A stretch of 64,000 nt of DNA from an uncultured Candidatus Saccharibacteria bacterium (GCA_964645245.1 CAZYBS010000001.1:91388-155387), one strand, 5' to 3'. Counted from the stretch's first letter, positions 44,231 through 53,865 are shown. Notes: generated by a model not told the origin, from the letters alone. Numbers and translations are program-made.

Positions 44231-45277
44231 ATGAAAAAAATATTAATTTATATTTTAATACTCATTATACTGGTCGGAGTAAGCCTGCCAATCTATGCGC
44301 AAACACAAACGCCCTGCCAGACGGATTATGTCCGAGTAGGTGGTAGGTGTGTTCCTGCAAGCAGTTATATTCTTTTAGCTCCACTGCCTTGCGCAGAAGG
44401 TACTCCTGGATGCATTGACGGAAAATTGAAGACTTTTAATCCCGAGCAAAAAGATAGTGCCGGAAAAAGTACTGCTCTAGGCACATATTTAAACCTTATG
44501 ATAAAAATAATTATCGGTCTGGCGGCGGTTTTGTCTGTGATAATGATTGTTGTGGGCGGGCTGGAGTATATGACCAGCGAACTGATATCCAGCAAAGAAG
44601 AAGGTAAAAAAAGAATTCTAGGCGCGATTTTTGGGCTTCTTTTGGCCCTAGGCGCTTATGCGCTTTTAAATACAATAAACCCCGACCTGCTTAGTACCGA
44701 TATAAAAATAGATCAGGCAACGATTACGGTAACGTTAGATGAAGCAAATTTTGCAAAAACAGAACAAACTGTAGCTACTGCCGGAACAAGATATGCACTA
44801 AGTGGAGCTCCAAGTCCTGGCGTTTCCGATTTTATAAGAAATCGTCTTAGCCAAGGACAACCATTAAGAACTATTGTTGTAGACACTAGTACACGCAGAG
44901 CATACTTTTATGTTGGTCCAGCCGGAAACTGGAATACATTTGTAGCTGTTCCGGTAAATCTTGGATTGAATGGCATAGCGGAAATAGGACAAGCACAAGC
45001 AGGTGATGGCAAAACTCCAAAAGGAACCACAACTTTAGGTTCAGTTGCACTAGCAAGCAACGGAAATGCTGTTACCGTTGCAGGGGGGAGATATAATGTT
45101 GGTGCTGCTTTTGTTAATGTAGGTGCAACAATAAATGGGACAGATAGAGGAATTGGTTTTCATGGATCAGCTAACAATGCCCTAGGAACAACTAACGGTT
45201 GTATTAGAATGACTAATGATGATTTAGCCGCTTTAACGCCATACATGAGAGCAGGGGTAACGGTACTTATAAAATAA
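44231..45277 (+). CDS. Fusion protein: VirB2/TrbC-pilin-like hydrophobic hairpin plus a C-terminal L,D-transpeptidase (YkuD) catalytic domain
   Basis: Signal peptide. Middle segment LNLMIKIIIGLAAVLSVIMIVVGGLEYM…ILGAIFGLLLALGAYALL is pilin-like (two TM helices). C-terminal …GFHGSANNALGTTNGCIRMTNDDLAALTPYMRAGVTVLI is the YkuD His/Cys motif. Confidence 0.55.
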   Translation: MKKILIYILILIILVGVSLPIYAQTQTPCQTDYVRVGGRCVPASSYILLAPLPCAEGTPGCIDGKLKTFNPEQKDSAGKSTALGTYLNLMIKIIIGLAAVLSVIMIVVGGLEYMTSELISSKEEGKKRILGAIFGLLLALGAYALLNTINPDLLSTDIKIDQATITVTLDEANFAKTEQTVATAGTRYALSGAPSPGVSDFIRNRLSQGQPLRTIVVDTSTRRAYFYVGPAGNWNTFVAVPVNLGLNGIAEIGQAQAGDGKTPKGTTTLGSVALASNGNAVTVAGGRYNVGAAFVNVGATINGTDRGIGFHGSANNALGTTNGCIRMTNDDLAALTPYMRAGVTVLIK

Positions 45278-45278
45278 G

Positions 45279-46667
45279 ATGTCAAGAAGAAATCTTATAC
45301 TTTTAATAATAATCTTGGTTGCCGTGGTAATTACGGTTTTTGGATTTTTATATTTACGCCAAGGAAAAATTGTGCCGGGAGAAGAAGGTCCAGGCACCAA
45401 TTTTATTTCACGATTCAACCCATTTGGAAGTAAAACGACTCCTCCAGTTGTGGCGCCTCCAATTGACGTTTCAGGATACCAGCCCGATTCTGGAGAAGAA
45501 ACACCAAAACTGAAACTAATGAAAGTTTCCAGTATGCCTATAGCAGGGTTTGCGGTGTTTATAAAAGAAAGATTAAAAGAGGTGCCGATAGCTCCCCTCC
45601 TTGTGGAGGAGGGGGTTGGGGGTGGTGATAGTTCTACAACACCACCTCGCCCTTCGGGCACTCCTCCTCGGAAAGGAGGAGAGAAAGCCAAGCCTACCCC
45701 ACCACTGACTGAATTTGTGCCAGCTTTAAGATATGCAGAGCGAGCGACGGGAAATATCTATCAAACTTTCACGGATAAAATAGAAGAAAGAAAATTCTCA
45801 GGAACGACAATACCCAAAGTATATGAGGCATATTTTGGCAATCGCGCAGAGTCTGTAATTATGCGATATTTAAAAGCTGATGACAAAACCATCGAAACTT
45901 TTGTCGGTACTCTTCCGAAAGAATACTTGGGGGGAGACACAACAAAAAACAATGAAATAAAGGGGTCTTTTTTACCCAATAATATTAAAGATATAAGTCT
46001 TTCGCCGGATGCTTCAAAAATATTCTACTTGTTTAGCAGTGGAGTTAATTTGGGAAACAATATAGTAGGTACAACTGCGAGCTTGTTGGATAATAAAAAA
46101 GTTCAAGTTTTTGATTCCCCTTTCACCGAATGGCTATCATTTTGGCCAACTAGTAAAATGATTACCCTTTCCACTAAACCTTCCAGTAATGTCCCCGGAT
46201 ATATGTACATGCTCGACCTGGATAAGAAAAATCTAACTAAAATTTTAGGCGATATAAATGGACTCACTACTCTGACAAGCCCTAACGGGAAATTAGTTCT
46301 TTACGGTGACAACAGTTTATCACTGTATATCTATCATACCGATAACAGAAATTCTGATTTATTGGGGGTAAAGACTTTGCCTGAAAAATGCGTTTGGGGT
46401 AAAGTAAGTGATGTTATTTATTGTGCTGTGCCAAAATTAATTGACCTAGGCGCATATCCGGATACCTGGTATCAAGGAGAAGTATCTTTTAGTGATCAGT
46501 TTTGGAAAATAGACATCAAAAGCGGAAATGCAACTTTAATAATGGACCCAGTTACAGTTACCGCCGAAGAAATTGACGGTATTAAACTCGATCTAGACGA
46601 AAGTGAAAATTACTTATTTTTTGTAAATAAAAAAGATTCTTTTCTCTGGAAGTTGGATTTGAAATAA
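45279..46667 (+). CDS. Membrane-anchored hypothetical protein with a beta-propeller-like C-terminal region and an in-frame repeat insertion
   Basis: N-terminal TM. Repeat-encoded LLVEEGVGGGDSSTTPPRPSGTPPRKGGEKAKP. The C-terminal half resembles a TolB-like propeller. Confidence 0.45.
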   Translation: MSRRNLILLIIILVAVVITVFGFLYLRQGKIVPGEEGPGTNFISRFNPFGSKTTPPVVAPPIDVSGYQPDSGEETPKLKLMKVSSMPIAGFAVFIKERLKEVPIAPLLVEEGVGGGDSSTTPPRPSGTPPRKGGEKAKPTPPLTEFVPALRYAERATGNIYQTFTDKIEERKFSGTTIPKVYEAYFGNRAESVIMRYLKADDKTIETFVGTLPKEYLGGDTTKNNEIKGSFLPNNIKDISLSPDASKIFYLFSSGVNLGNNIVGTTASLLDNKKVQVFDSPFTEWLSFWPTSKMITLSTKPSSNVPGYMYMLDLDKKNLTKILGDINGLTTLTSPNGKLVLYGDNSLSLYIYHTDNRNSDLLGVKTLPEKCVWGKVSDVIYCAVPKLIDLGAYPDTWYQGEVSFSDQFWKIDIKSGNATLIMDPVTVTAEEIDGIKLDLDESENYLFFVNKKDSFLWKLDLK

Positions 46668-46676
46668 AAAGTTTAT

Positions 46677-47183
46677 TTACAAATTTCCTATATACTTGAT
46701 AACCACCCGGCGAGAGGGCCCAAAACCGACCGATTCAGTTTTTAGGTCGGTCGCATCAGATAAAAATTCATGCACAATTCTGCGTTCAAAAGCTGACATT
46801 GGGTCAACTTCTATGCTTGACTTGAAATATCTGGCTCGTTCAGACATCATATGAGCTACTGTGCGAATGTTCTCCACGCGCTTCTTTTGGAAACCATTGA
46901 TATCAATCAGGATAGATTTCTCTAATTCTGACCTCACCCCTTCGCCCCTCTCCTTATTAAGGAGAGGGGTTGGGGAGAGGTTCTTTTCAATTATTCTACG
47001 AACCAGATGATTTAATGCATAAAGTGCCTCACCGTCATGTCCAATAAAAAAATGCGGTTCATTTACTTCAACTGAAAACCAAGTATTATGCGGGCTATCT
47101 TCAATAACGGTAATTTGGGTCGTTTTTATAGTGGTTTTTTCAATCAGCTCTTTTATTAAATTTTGCATTTCATCCTTATTCAT
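46677..47183 (-). CDS. jag: Jag/KhpB-like RNA-binding protein (KH + R3H) with an in-frame repeat insertion
   Basis: R3H motif …ERRIVHEFLSDATDLKTESVGFGPSRRVVI. The insert NLSPTPLLNKERGEGVRSE is encoded by a family-B repeat. Confidence 0.7.
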   Translation of the reverse strand: MNKDEMQNLIKELIEKTTIKTTQITVIEDSPHNTWFSVEVNEPHFFIGHDGEALYALNHLVRRIIEKNLSPTPLLNKERGEGVRSELEKSILIDINGFQKKRVENIRTVAHMMSERARYFKSSIEVDPMSAFERRIVHEFLSDATDLKTESVGFGPSRRVVIKYIGNL

Positions 47184-47188
47184 AAATA

Positions 47189-47920
47189 TTATTTTCCCCT
47201 TTCGACATAAATCTGCTGACCTATCGCAAAAATATTATTTGTAATCCAATATAACGCAACTGCCCCGGAAAGAGAAACACCCAGAAAATCAGTATAAAGA
47301 ATGACAAAAATAAAAACTGGGAAAATATATTTCATCTGCATGTGCATGCTTTTGGCAAAACTTTCTGAAAAGGAAGGAGCCGAGCCGGCAGTAGCCGGAG
47401 AAATATTCGGTTGGGGCATAAAATATACTTGAAAGTATTGGGATACACCGGCTAAAATTGCTAAAATAAAACTTTTCTTGCTTATATCAAGAACTCCCAA
47501 GAAAATCATATTTATATTTTCTGGGACATGGATAAAAGAATAAAGCAGCTCGCTTTGAAAATTTATTCCCTTAAAAAAAACAAAATATAATGCAAAAATA
47601 ATGGGAATCTGAATTAAAACCAAAAGACATCCGGAAAACGGATTGGTTTTGTGTTTTTTATAAAGTTCGAAAGTAAGTCTGGCTTGTTCTTCTTTGCCCG
47701 CTCCGTTCGCCTTTATTTTATTGAGCTCCGGAGCGAGCATATTCATAGCAGCCTGACTCTCAATGGATTTTTGGGCAAGAGGAAAGAGTATGATTTTAAC
47801 CAGAATGGTAAGAATAATAACCGCAATTCCCATATCTCCACCGGGGACAATTGAAACCAAAAAAGCCAATGCATTCAGTAATGGCTGATATAAAACAGTG
47901 TTCCAGATATTTAAGAGCAT
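47189..47920 (-). CDS. yidC: Membrane protein insertase YidC/Oxa1 (short form)
   Basis: …LVKIILFPLAQKSIESQAAMNMLAPELNKIK… is the conserved YidC TM2/TM3 region. Sits in the jag-yidC-yidD-rnpA-rpmH synteny. Confidence 0.85.
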   Translation of the reverse strand: MLLNIWNTVLYQPLLNALAFLVSIVPGGDMGIAVIILTILVKIILFPLAQKSIESQAAMNMLAPELNKIKANGAGKEEQARLTFELYKKHKTNPFSGCLLVLIQIPIIFALYFVFFKGINFQSELLYSFIHVPENINMIFLGVLDISKKSFILAILAGVSQYFQVYFMPQPNISPATAGSAPSFSESFAKSMHMQMKYIFPVFIFVILYTDFLGVSLSGAVALYWITNNIFAIGQQIYVERGK

Positions 47921-47954
47921 TATCTAATCTTATATTAAAATGGGAGATTGTCCA

Positions 47955-48170
47955 CTATTTCACGGGATCAAAATGATTCTTCTGCCACGGATGACAGCGA
48001 AGAATACGAAATATGGAAAGGCAGGAACCTTTGATAATCCCGTATTTATTTATTGCAACTTTCCCATATTCCGAGCAAGTAGGATAAAAAACGCAACTTC
48101 GCTTTCTCAAAACAGAAATATTTCTTTGGTAAAAATTAATTAATTTTATCAAGTATATTTTTAATTTCAT
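47955..48170 (-). CDS. yidD: Membrane protein insertion efficiency factor YidD
   Basis: CVFYPTCSEYGKVAINKYGIIKGSCLSIFRILRCHPWQKNHFDPV is the YidD signature. Confidence 0.7.
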   Translation of the reverse strand: MKLKIYLIKLINFYQRNISVLRKRSCVFYPTCSEYGKVAINKYGIIKGSCLSIFRILRCHPWQKNHFDPVK

Positions 48171-48462
48171 TTTCAATTATTAAAATATCAGCTTGGTACT
48201 TTTTAAAAACAAAAACACCTAAAAGTCTGGTAGGGAATTTATTAATATATTTTTTTAAGACAGCATACCCATGTCGTCTTAATAAATTTCGATTTACTGC
48301 CTTTTTTGAAACAGTTTTGGGTACAATAAAGGAAATACGCGGAATACTGGAGTTATTATTTAATATGAACTTAAAAGTTAAATTTGGAGAAGTAAGAAAT
48401 TTCCCATCCTTAAAAATAAAATCTATGTCTTTTTTACTGGCCCTGTTTTTTTTAGCTAGCAT
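48136..48462 (-). CDS. rnpA: RNase P protein component
   Basis: …KKAVNRNLLRRHGYAVLK… is the RNR-like basic motif. Located immediately downstream of rpmH. Confidence 0.8.
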   Translation of the reverse strand: MLAKKNRASKKDIDFIFKDGKFLTSPNLTFKFILNNNSSIPRISFIVPKTVSKKAVNRNLLRRHGYAVLKKYINKFPTRLLGVFVFKKYQADILIIENEIKNILDKIN

Positions 48463-48486
48463 AACTTGTCCCGCTATAGGCGTGGA

Positions 48487-48621
48487 TTAAACAGACAGCT
48501 TCTTCCTACCTTTTCTTCTTCTTCTCAAAAGCACTTTTTGACCAGCTTTGACCCTGGACCTAATTAAAAACCCGTGGGTTCTGGCTCTTTTTCTCTTTTT
48601 AGGCTGGTATGTTTGTGACAT
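48487..48621 (-). CDS. rpmH: 50S ribosomal protein L34
   Basis: Manual translation: [44 protein letters not shown] (45 aa). Not in the ORF track because it is shorter than 60 aa. Confidence 0.8.
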   Translation of the reverse strand: MSQTYQPKKRKRARTHGFLIRSRVKAGQKVLLRRRRKGRKKLSV

Positions 48622-48724
48622 ATCCCCATTCTATAGTATTATCCACAGTTTATCAACATAGTTAATAAGTTTTTATGGATTTTTATAGGTTTTATTTATT
48701 AGGTAAATAGTATAGTATGGAACG
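48622..48724. promoter_or_regulatory. Putative oriC / dnaA promoter region with DnaA boxes
   Basis: Perfect DnaA box TTATCCACA at 48631-48639 and TTATCAACA at 48642-48650. AT-rich spacer between rpmH and dnaA. An additional TTATCCACT sits at 50147-50155 in the dnaA-dnaN spacer. Confidence 0.5.
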
Positions 48725-50074
48725 ATGAATACAAAACAGCTTTGGGAAAATTGTCTGATTGAAATTGAAGCAGGGATGTCCAAAGCGAATTTTAGCACTT
48801 GGTTTAAAAATACATCTATTATAAAAGAAGATACGGGTACCATTTATATTGGCGTGCCAAATGAATTTGTTCGTGATTGGCTTATGAATAAATACCATAA
48901 ACTCATCACCAGGACTATCGCCAACGCCTATGAAAATATGCGGGCGGTAGAATACATTATTGCCAAAATGGAAGTAGTTAAGCAAGAATTGGCTACAACC
49001 CCGGAGAATGTAGGTTATATAAATAAAGAACTACCTCTGAAAGATCTTTACATAAATCCGGAAGATAACTTAAACCCGCGCTATCATTTTAATTCTTTCA
49101 TCGTGGGATCTTTCAATGAACTTGCCTATGCTGCATCTCAAGCAATAATAGATAGTCCGGGTACGAAATATAATCCATTTTTCGTCTATGGGGGCACCGG
49201 CCTCGGCAAAACTCATCTGATCCAAGCTGTGGGAAATTCAATAAAAGAGAAGTACCCAAATAAAAAGGTGCACTATATGACTTTAGAGAAGTTTGCTACC
49301 GACTTTATAAATTCATTGCAGAGCAACAAGGCAAATTCCTTCAAAGAAAAATACCGTAAGTATGATCTTTTAATTATAGATGACATTCAATTTATAGGTA
49401 AAATGGAAAAAATCCAGGAAGAACTTTTCCACACATTTAACACCTTTCATGAAAATAATAAGCAAATCATTTTTTCTTCTGATAAACACCCTAATTATAT
49501 TCCTGAATTAGCGGACCGTTTAAAGTCTCGTTTTGCTGCTGGAATGATAGTGGATATCTCCCCGCCGGAGTATGAGCCCCGTCTGGCAATTTTAAAAGTA
49601 AAATCACAAGAACTTGATATCAATCTAGATCAAGAAGTATTGGAATACATTGCCGGGGCGATAGACGGTAATATTCGAGAACTTGAAGGAAGTTTAAATA
49701 CCATCGTCTGCCAATATCGCTTGAAAAATAGACCTCTTTCACTGCCAGAGGTAAAAAACCTGCTCAAAAATAACATGAAGCCTAAAAAAAATATGGCTAT
49801 AAAAGATGTTGTGAAAATAGTGAGTGAATATTATAAATTGGAAGAGGCATCGGTTTATGAAAAAACCAGAAAGAAAGAGATAGTCCGAGCAAGGCAGGTG
49901 GTTATGTATTTACTCCGAGAAGATTTTAATGTATCATACCCTTTAATTGGGCAAAAATTGGGTGGGAAGGACCACACAACGGTAATACATTCATATCTAA
50001 AAATTAAGGCGGATCTAAAAAACGATCCACAATTGTCACAAGAATTAGAACAAATAAGAATTACATTTAAATGA
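48725..50074 (+). CDS. dnaA: Chromosomal replication initiator DnaA
   Basis: AAA+ Walker A GGTGLGKTHLIQAV and a C-terminal DNA-binding domain. 449 aa. Confidence 0.9.
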   Translation: MNTKQLWENCLIEIEAGMSKANFSTWFKNTSIIKEDTGTIYIGVPNEFVRDWLMNKYHKLITRTIANAYENMRAVEYIIAKMEVVKQELATTPENVGYINKELPLKDLYINPEDNLNPRYHFNSFIVGSFNELAYAASQAIIDSPGTKYNPFFVYGGTGLGKTHLIQAVGNSIKEKYPNKKVHYMTLEKFATDFINSLQSNKANSFKEKYRKYDLLIIDDIQFIGKMEKIQEELFHTFNTFHENNKQIIFSSDKHPNYIPELADRLKSRFAAGMIVDISPPEYEPRLAILKVKSQELDINLDQEVLEYIAGAIDGNIRELEGSLNTIVCQYRLKNRPLSLPEVKNLLKNNMKPKKNMAIKDVVKIVSEYYKLEEASVYEKTRKKEIVRARQVVMYLLREDFNVSYPLIGQKLGGKDHTTVIHSYLKIKADLKNDPQLSQELEQIRITFK

Positions 50075-50212
50075 TTATTGGCAAGTTGTTAGACAATAAT
50101 TAAAAACAGTGAAACATATTAAACAACACCAAATAAGATTAAACGTATTTATCCACTTATCAACACCATTAATAGTATTAGTAAGTTAAATAAATAAAGA
50201 TATAAACATAAT

Positions 50213-51310
50213 ATGAAACTAGAGTGTAGTGTTGAAAATGTTAAAAATAAAATTTCCCAAGTAGAAAGAATTACCGGTAAAAACCTAACCTTGCCTGTTT
50301 TAAACTCAATTCTCTTAATTGCATCCGGAAAATCTTTAAAACTTAGAGCTACAAATTTAAGTCTTGGTATTGAAGTTGAGATTCCCGCGAAAATAGAAAA
50401 AGAGGGAATACTGGCTGTTTCCGGGTTGGTGTTAAGCGGTATTTTTTCTAATATTTTTCAAAATGAAAATGTTTACCTTGAGGGTCTTGATGGAAATTTA
50501 TTGATCCAAACAAAAAAAAGTAAAATAAAATTAAAAGGCCAGCCACACGATGATTTTCCGACCATACCAAAAGTTACCGGAACAAATTTTGAAATAGAAT
50601 CAAAAAAATTAACGGATGGCATAAAAGCGGTTTATTATAGTTCTTCCGTATCGGACATAAAGCCTGAAATTTCAAGTGTTTTCATGTATACCAATGAAGA
50701 TAATTTGGTATTTGTTTCTACTGATTCTTTTAGATTGGCTGAGAAAAAAATTAAAATAAAAGGACTTGGAGAAATTCCTGGAATTCTCATTCCATTTAAA
50801 AATGTTTCAGAAATATTAAGAGTTTTTGGGGAATTTGTTGGTATTATAAAAGTGTGTTTCAATAAAAATCAAATTTCTTTTTCATCTGACGATGTTTATC
50901 TAACTTCACGGGTAATTGACGGAGTTTTTCCCGACTATCGCCAAATCATCCCCAAAAACTCTTCAACCAATGCTATCGTGCTGAAGCAAGATTTATTAAA
51001 TGCGCTGAAGCTTTCCAATATTTTTTCCGATAAATTCAACCAAGTGAATTTAGCAATTAAGCCCCAAGAGAAGATTTTTGAACTCTCCTCCGCTAACAAC
51101 GAAGTCGGAGAAAATAAAACATATTTGGATGCCGCTCTAAATGGAGAAAATATTGAGCTTGGTTTTAATTATAAATATTTTTTAGATTGTTTTCAATCAA
51201 TTACCACTGATAGCCTGTCCATAAAACTCTCCGGAGCCACCAGCCCGATCACAATCTCCCCAGTGGGAGATACCTCATTTATTTATCTTATAATGCCGAT
51301 GAATAGGTAA
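50213..51310 (+). CDS. dnaN: DNA polymerase III beta sliding clamp
   Basis: 365 aa, three-domain clamp pattern, immediately downstream of dnaA. Confidence 0.9.
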   Translation: MKLECSVENVKNKISQVERITGKNLTLPVLNSILLIASGKSLKLRATNLSLGIEVEIPAKIEKEGILAVSGLVLSGIFSNIFQNENVYLEGLDGNLLIQTKKSKIKLKGQPHDDFPTIPKVTGTNFEIESKKLTDGIKAVYYSSSVSDIKPEISSVFMYTNEDNLVFVSTDSFRLAEKKIKIKGLGEIPGILIPFKNVSEILRVFGEFVGIIKVCFNKNQISFSSDDVYLTSRVIDGVFPDYRQIIPKNSSTNAIVLKQDLLNALKLSNIFSDKFNQVNLAIKPQEKIFELSSANNEVGENKTYLDAALNGENIELGFNYKYFLDCFQSITTDSLSIKLSGATSPITISPVGDTSFIYLIMPMNR

Positions 51311-53827
51311 TTACTGCTGCACTTTAAATATTGAAGTTGCTTCATTACTGTTGTAAACACTATCGTAGGCGATTATTTTGATTTCATTCTCCATTTGCAA
51401 GTTTTCTAATTCCCCGGGGATAAAAGAAAAAGCAGAAGTGAGACTGGAGGTTCCCAAATAGGTATCGTTTACAAAAATGTCTATTTTAGCCAGCGGATAA
51501 GGGCCAGAGCTCAAAATTTTTAAATTTATTTTTTGACCAGGCAGGTAAGTTGTTTTTACATTTGGTTCAATAATTGAGATAATTGGTTTGGCTGAGTCGG
51601 TGTGTACGTCGTCCAGCATACTTGGCTTTTCGTTCAAAGTTATTATTCCGTATTTTCCTTTATTTTGCATCCACCAGTTTTGTACTGGTATTTCCCAATG
51701 GCTAAATTGTGGATCGTCGCTCGGGTTTAAAGGCGGTGCCCCTAAAATATCATTTTTATTTATCCAATAAAGAATTGAGTGCACATTGGTTATTACTTTT
51801 TCCTGCAGGGTCTCCTTGGGGGTGTTGGAATTTGCCAATTTACGGGAGATTTTATCTATAAAAAAGTTTTCATTTCCTTGCCAAAATCCTCGAAGGGCTG
51901 GTTTTACCGTCTTCGGGTCGATATCCAAGTTTGGCTTTTCAAATTTTTCATCGGGTAGAGTTTTTAAAACCTCATTCATAAATTTATTCCAAATCGGTCC
52001 CGCCACGGCCACCCCGCCTTTCTTCATTGGTCGATTGTCATTGTTGCCCGCCCAAACACCGGCAACAATCGATGGGGTATAACCGATAGTCCAGGCATCT
52101 TTATTATTATTTGTTGTCCCGGTTTTCACTGCCACGTCTTTCCCGGGTATAAAAAGAGCTGAATGTATTCCGAAAGTCGGGCTACGAGCCTTTTCATCAG
52201 ATAAAATATCTGAAACAGTTAAGGCGGTATTTTTAGGTAAAACTTCCTGTGCATTTGGCGTAAATTCTTCCAGGATTTTCCCGCTTAAATCTTCAACTTT
52301 CAAAATTCCAGTATATGGATTTCTAATACCATCATTGGCAAAAACTCCATAGGCCGATGTCATATCCAGAAGCGACACTTCTCCGCCTCCAATAACCAGG
52401 GTCAGTCCGTATCGGCCAATATCGGAGAGAGTGCTAATCCCCAGATCTTCGGCTGTTTTTAGTGAATCGGAAGTCCCGGCTAAGTAAAAAAGTTTTACCG
52501 CTACCAGGTTGATTGACTGCGCTAAAGCATCTCTTAAAGAAATTGGCCCACGGAATTTTTCGTCATAGTTGTCAGGCATATAACAATCTTTTTGATTGTG
52601 TCCAGGCAGAGCTTTGCCTTGCGCGTTGCAGGTTGTCTGGAATTCTGTCGGCAAGTCAAAGAGCATGGTGTCGGGGGTAAAGCCTTTATTGAAAGCGGTG
52701 GCGTAAATGAAGGGCTTGAAAGATGAGCCCGGCTGCCGATTGGCGGTGGCTATATTATAGTTGCCGTCTATGCTTTTATCAAAGTAGTCCCTAGAGCCTA
52801 CCATTGTTAAAATCTGCCCAGTTTTAGGGTCTATCGCCACCAGGCCGGCATTTTCCCCATTCCAATCTTTTTCATTTTTCAATGCACCTTCTTTTACAAT
52901 TTGCTCTGCTTTTTCTTGTAAATCATAATTTAATGTGCTGATAACTTTCAATCCGCCTTTTTCTACCATTTCACTTCCATGTTTCTCTTCCAGATAATCT
53001 TTAATGAAAAAAACAAAGTGCGGCGCCTTAATCCCCATCGTCGCCGGTGGAATAAAAATTACAATTTCCTTTTTTGCTTTGTCGTATTCTTCTTTAGAAA
53101 TGAAATTTAGCTCGGACATCCTGGAAAGCACTAAATTTTTTCTAGCTTCCAATTTGTCTTTATTTTTGCCATAGGGCGACAATAAGGTTGGAGATTGCGG
53201 GATTGATGCCAAATAGGCTGCCTCCGCCAGGGTCAAAGAGCTTGCTTCTTTATTAAAATAAGTTTTACTGGCTTCTTCTATTCCATAAACATTTCCACCG
53301 TAGGGAGCTTCATTTAAGTAATATTCCAGGATTTTTTCTTTCGGGATGGAGTTGTCTATTTTAATTGCCAAGACCCATTCTTTTATTTTCCGGGCATAAG
53401 TTTTTTTCTGTGTTAAAAGAGTATTTTTTACTAACTGTTGGGTTATGGTTGAACCGCCTTGAGTACGGCCGGTGCCAAAAATATTGGACAAGACAGCGCG
53501 AACAATAGAAGTAATTCTTATTCCACGATGATTATAAAATTCAGAATCCTCAATGGCCACGGTAGCGTTTTTGATATTTACCCCCATATTTTCAAAAGTT
53601 ATGTCAGTTCTTTTTGTATCTTTATGTATATCATAAAGTAGAATCTCTCCCGTGCGGTCATATATTTTTGTAGAATTTTCTATTTTTCTGTCTTCAAAAG
53701 AATGAAAATCCGGAATTTTCAAAGAAGAAAGCCAGACGATTATTATTCCGGTTATCAAAATAACAATGCCGGCAGAAAGTAATATCACATTTTTCCAGAA
53801 ATTTTTATTTCTAGGTCTCTTTTGCAT
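51311..53827 (-). CDS. Bifunctional class A penicillin-binding protein (GT51 transglycosylase + transpeptidase)
   Basis: GT51 motifs (…EDSEFYNHRGI… and …GGSTITQQLVKN…). Transpeptidase motifs SGSSFKPF and KTGTT. C-terminal extension. Confidence 0.85.
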   Translation of the reverse strand: MQKRPRNKNFWKNVILLSAGIVILITGIIIVWLSSLKIPDFHSFEDRKIENSTKIYDRTGEILLYDIHKDTKRTDITFENMGVNIKNATVAIEDSEFYNHRGIRITSIVRAVLSNIFGTGRTQGGSTITQQLVKNTLLTQKKTYARKIKEWVLAIKIDNSIPKEKILEYYLNEAPYGGNVYGIEEASKTYFNKEASSLTLAEAAYLASIPQSPTLLSPYGKNKDKLEARKNLVLSRMSELNFISKEEYDKAKKEIVIFIPPATMGIKAPHFVFFIKDYLEEKHGSEMVEKGGLKVISTLNYDLQEKAEQIVKEGALKNEKDWNGENAGLVAIDPKTGQILTMVGSRDYFDKSIDGNYNIATANRQPGSSFKPFIYATAFNKGFTPDTMLFDLPTEFQTTCNAQGKALPGHNQKDCYMPDNYDEKFRGPISLRDALAQSINLVAVKLFYLAGTSDSLKTAEDLGISTLSDIGRYGLTLVIGGGEVSLLDMTSAYGVFANDGIRNPYTGILKVEDLSGKILEEFTPNAQEVLPKNTALTVSDILSDEKARSPTFGIHSALFIPGKDVAVKTGTTNNNKDAWTIGYTPSIVAGVWAGNNDNRPMKKGGVAVAGPIWNKFMNEVLKTLPDEKFEKPNLDIDPKTVKPALRGFWQGNENFFIDKISRKLANSNTPKETLQEKVITNVHSILYWINKNDILGAPPLNPSDDPQFSHWEIPVQNWWMQNKGKYGIITLNEKPSMLDDVHTDSAKPIISIIEPNVKTTYLPGQKINLKILSSGPYPLAKIDIFVNDTYLGTSSLTSAFSFIPGELENLQMENEIKIIAYDSVYNSNEATSIFKVQQ

Positions 53828-53865
53828 TATTCTAATTATAACAGGGATTATGTTATAATCCGAGT

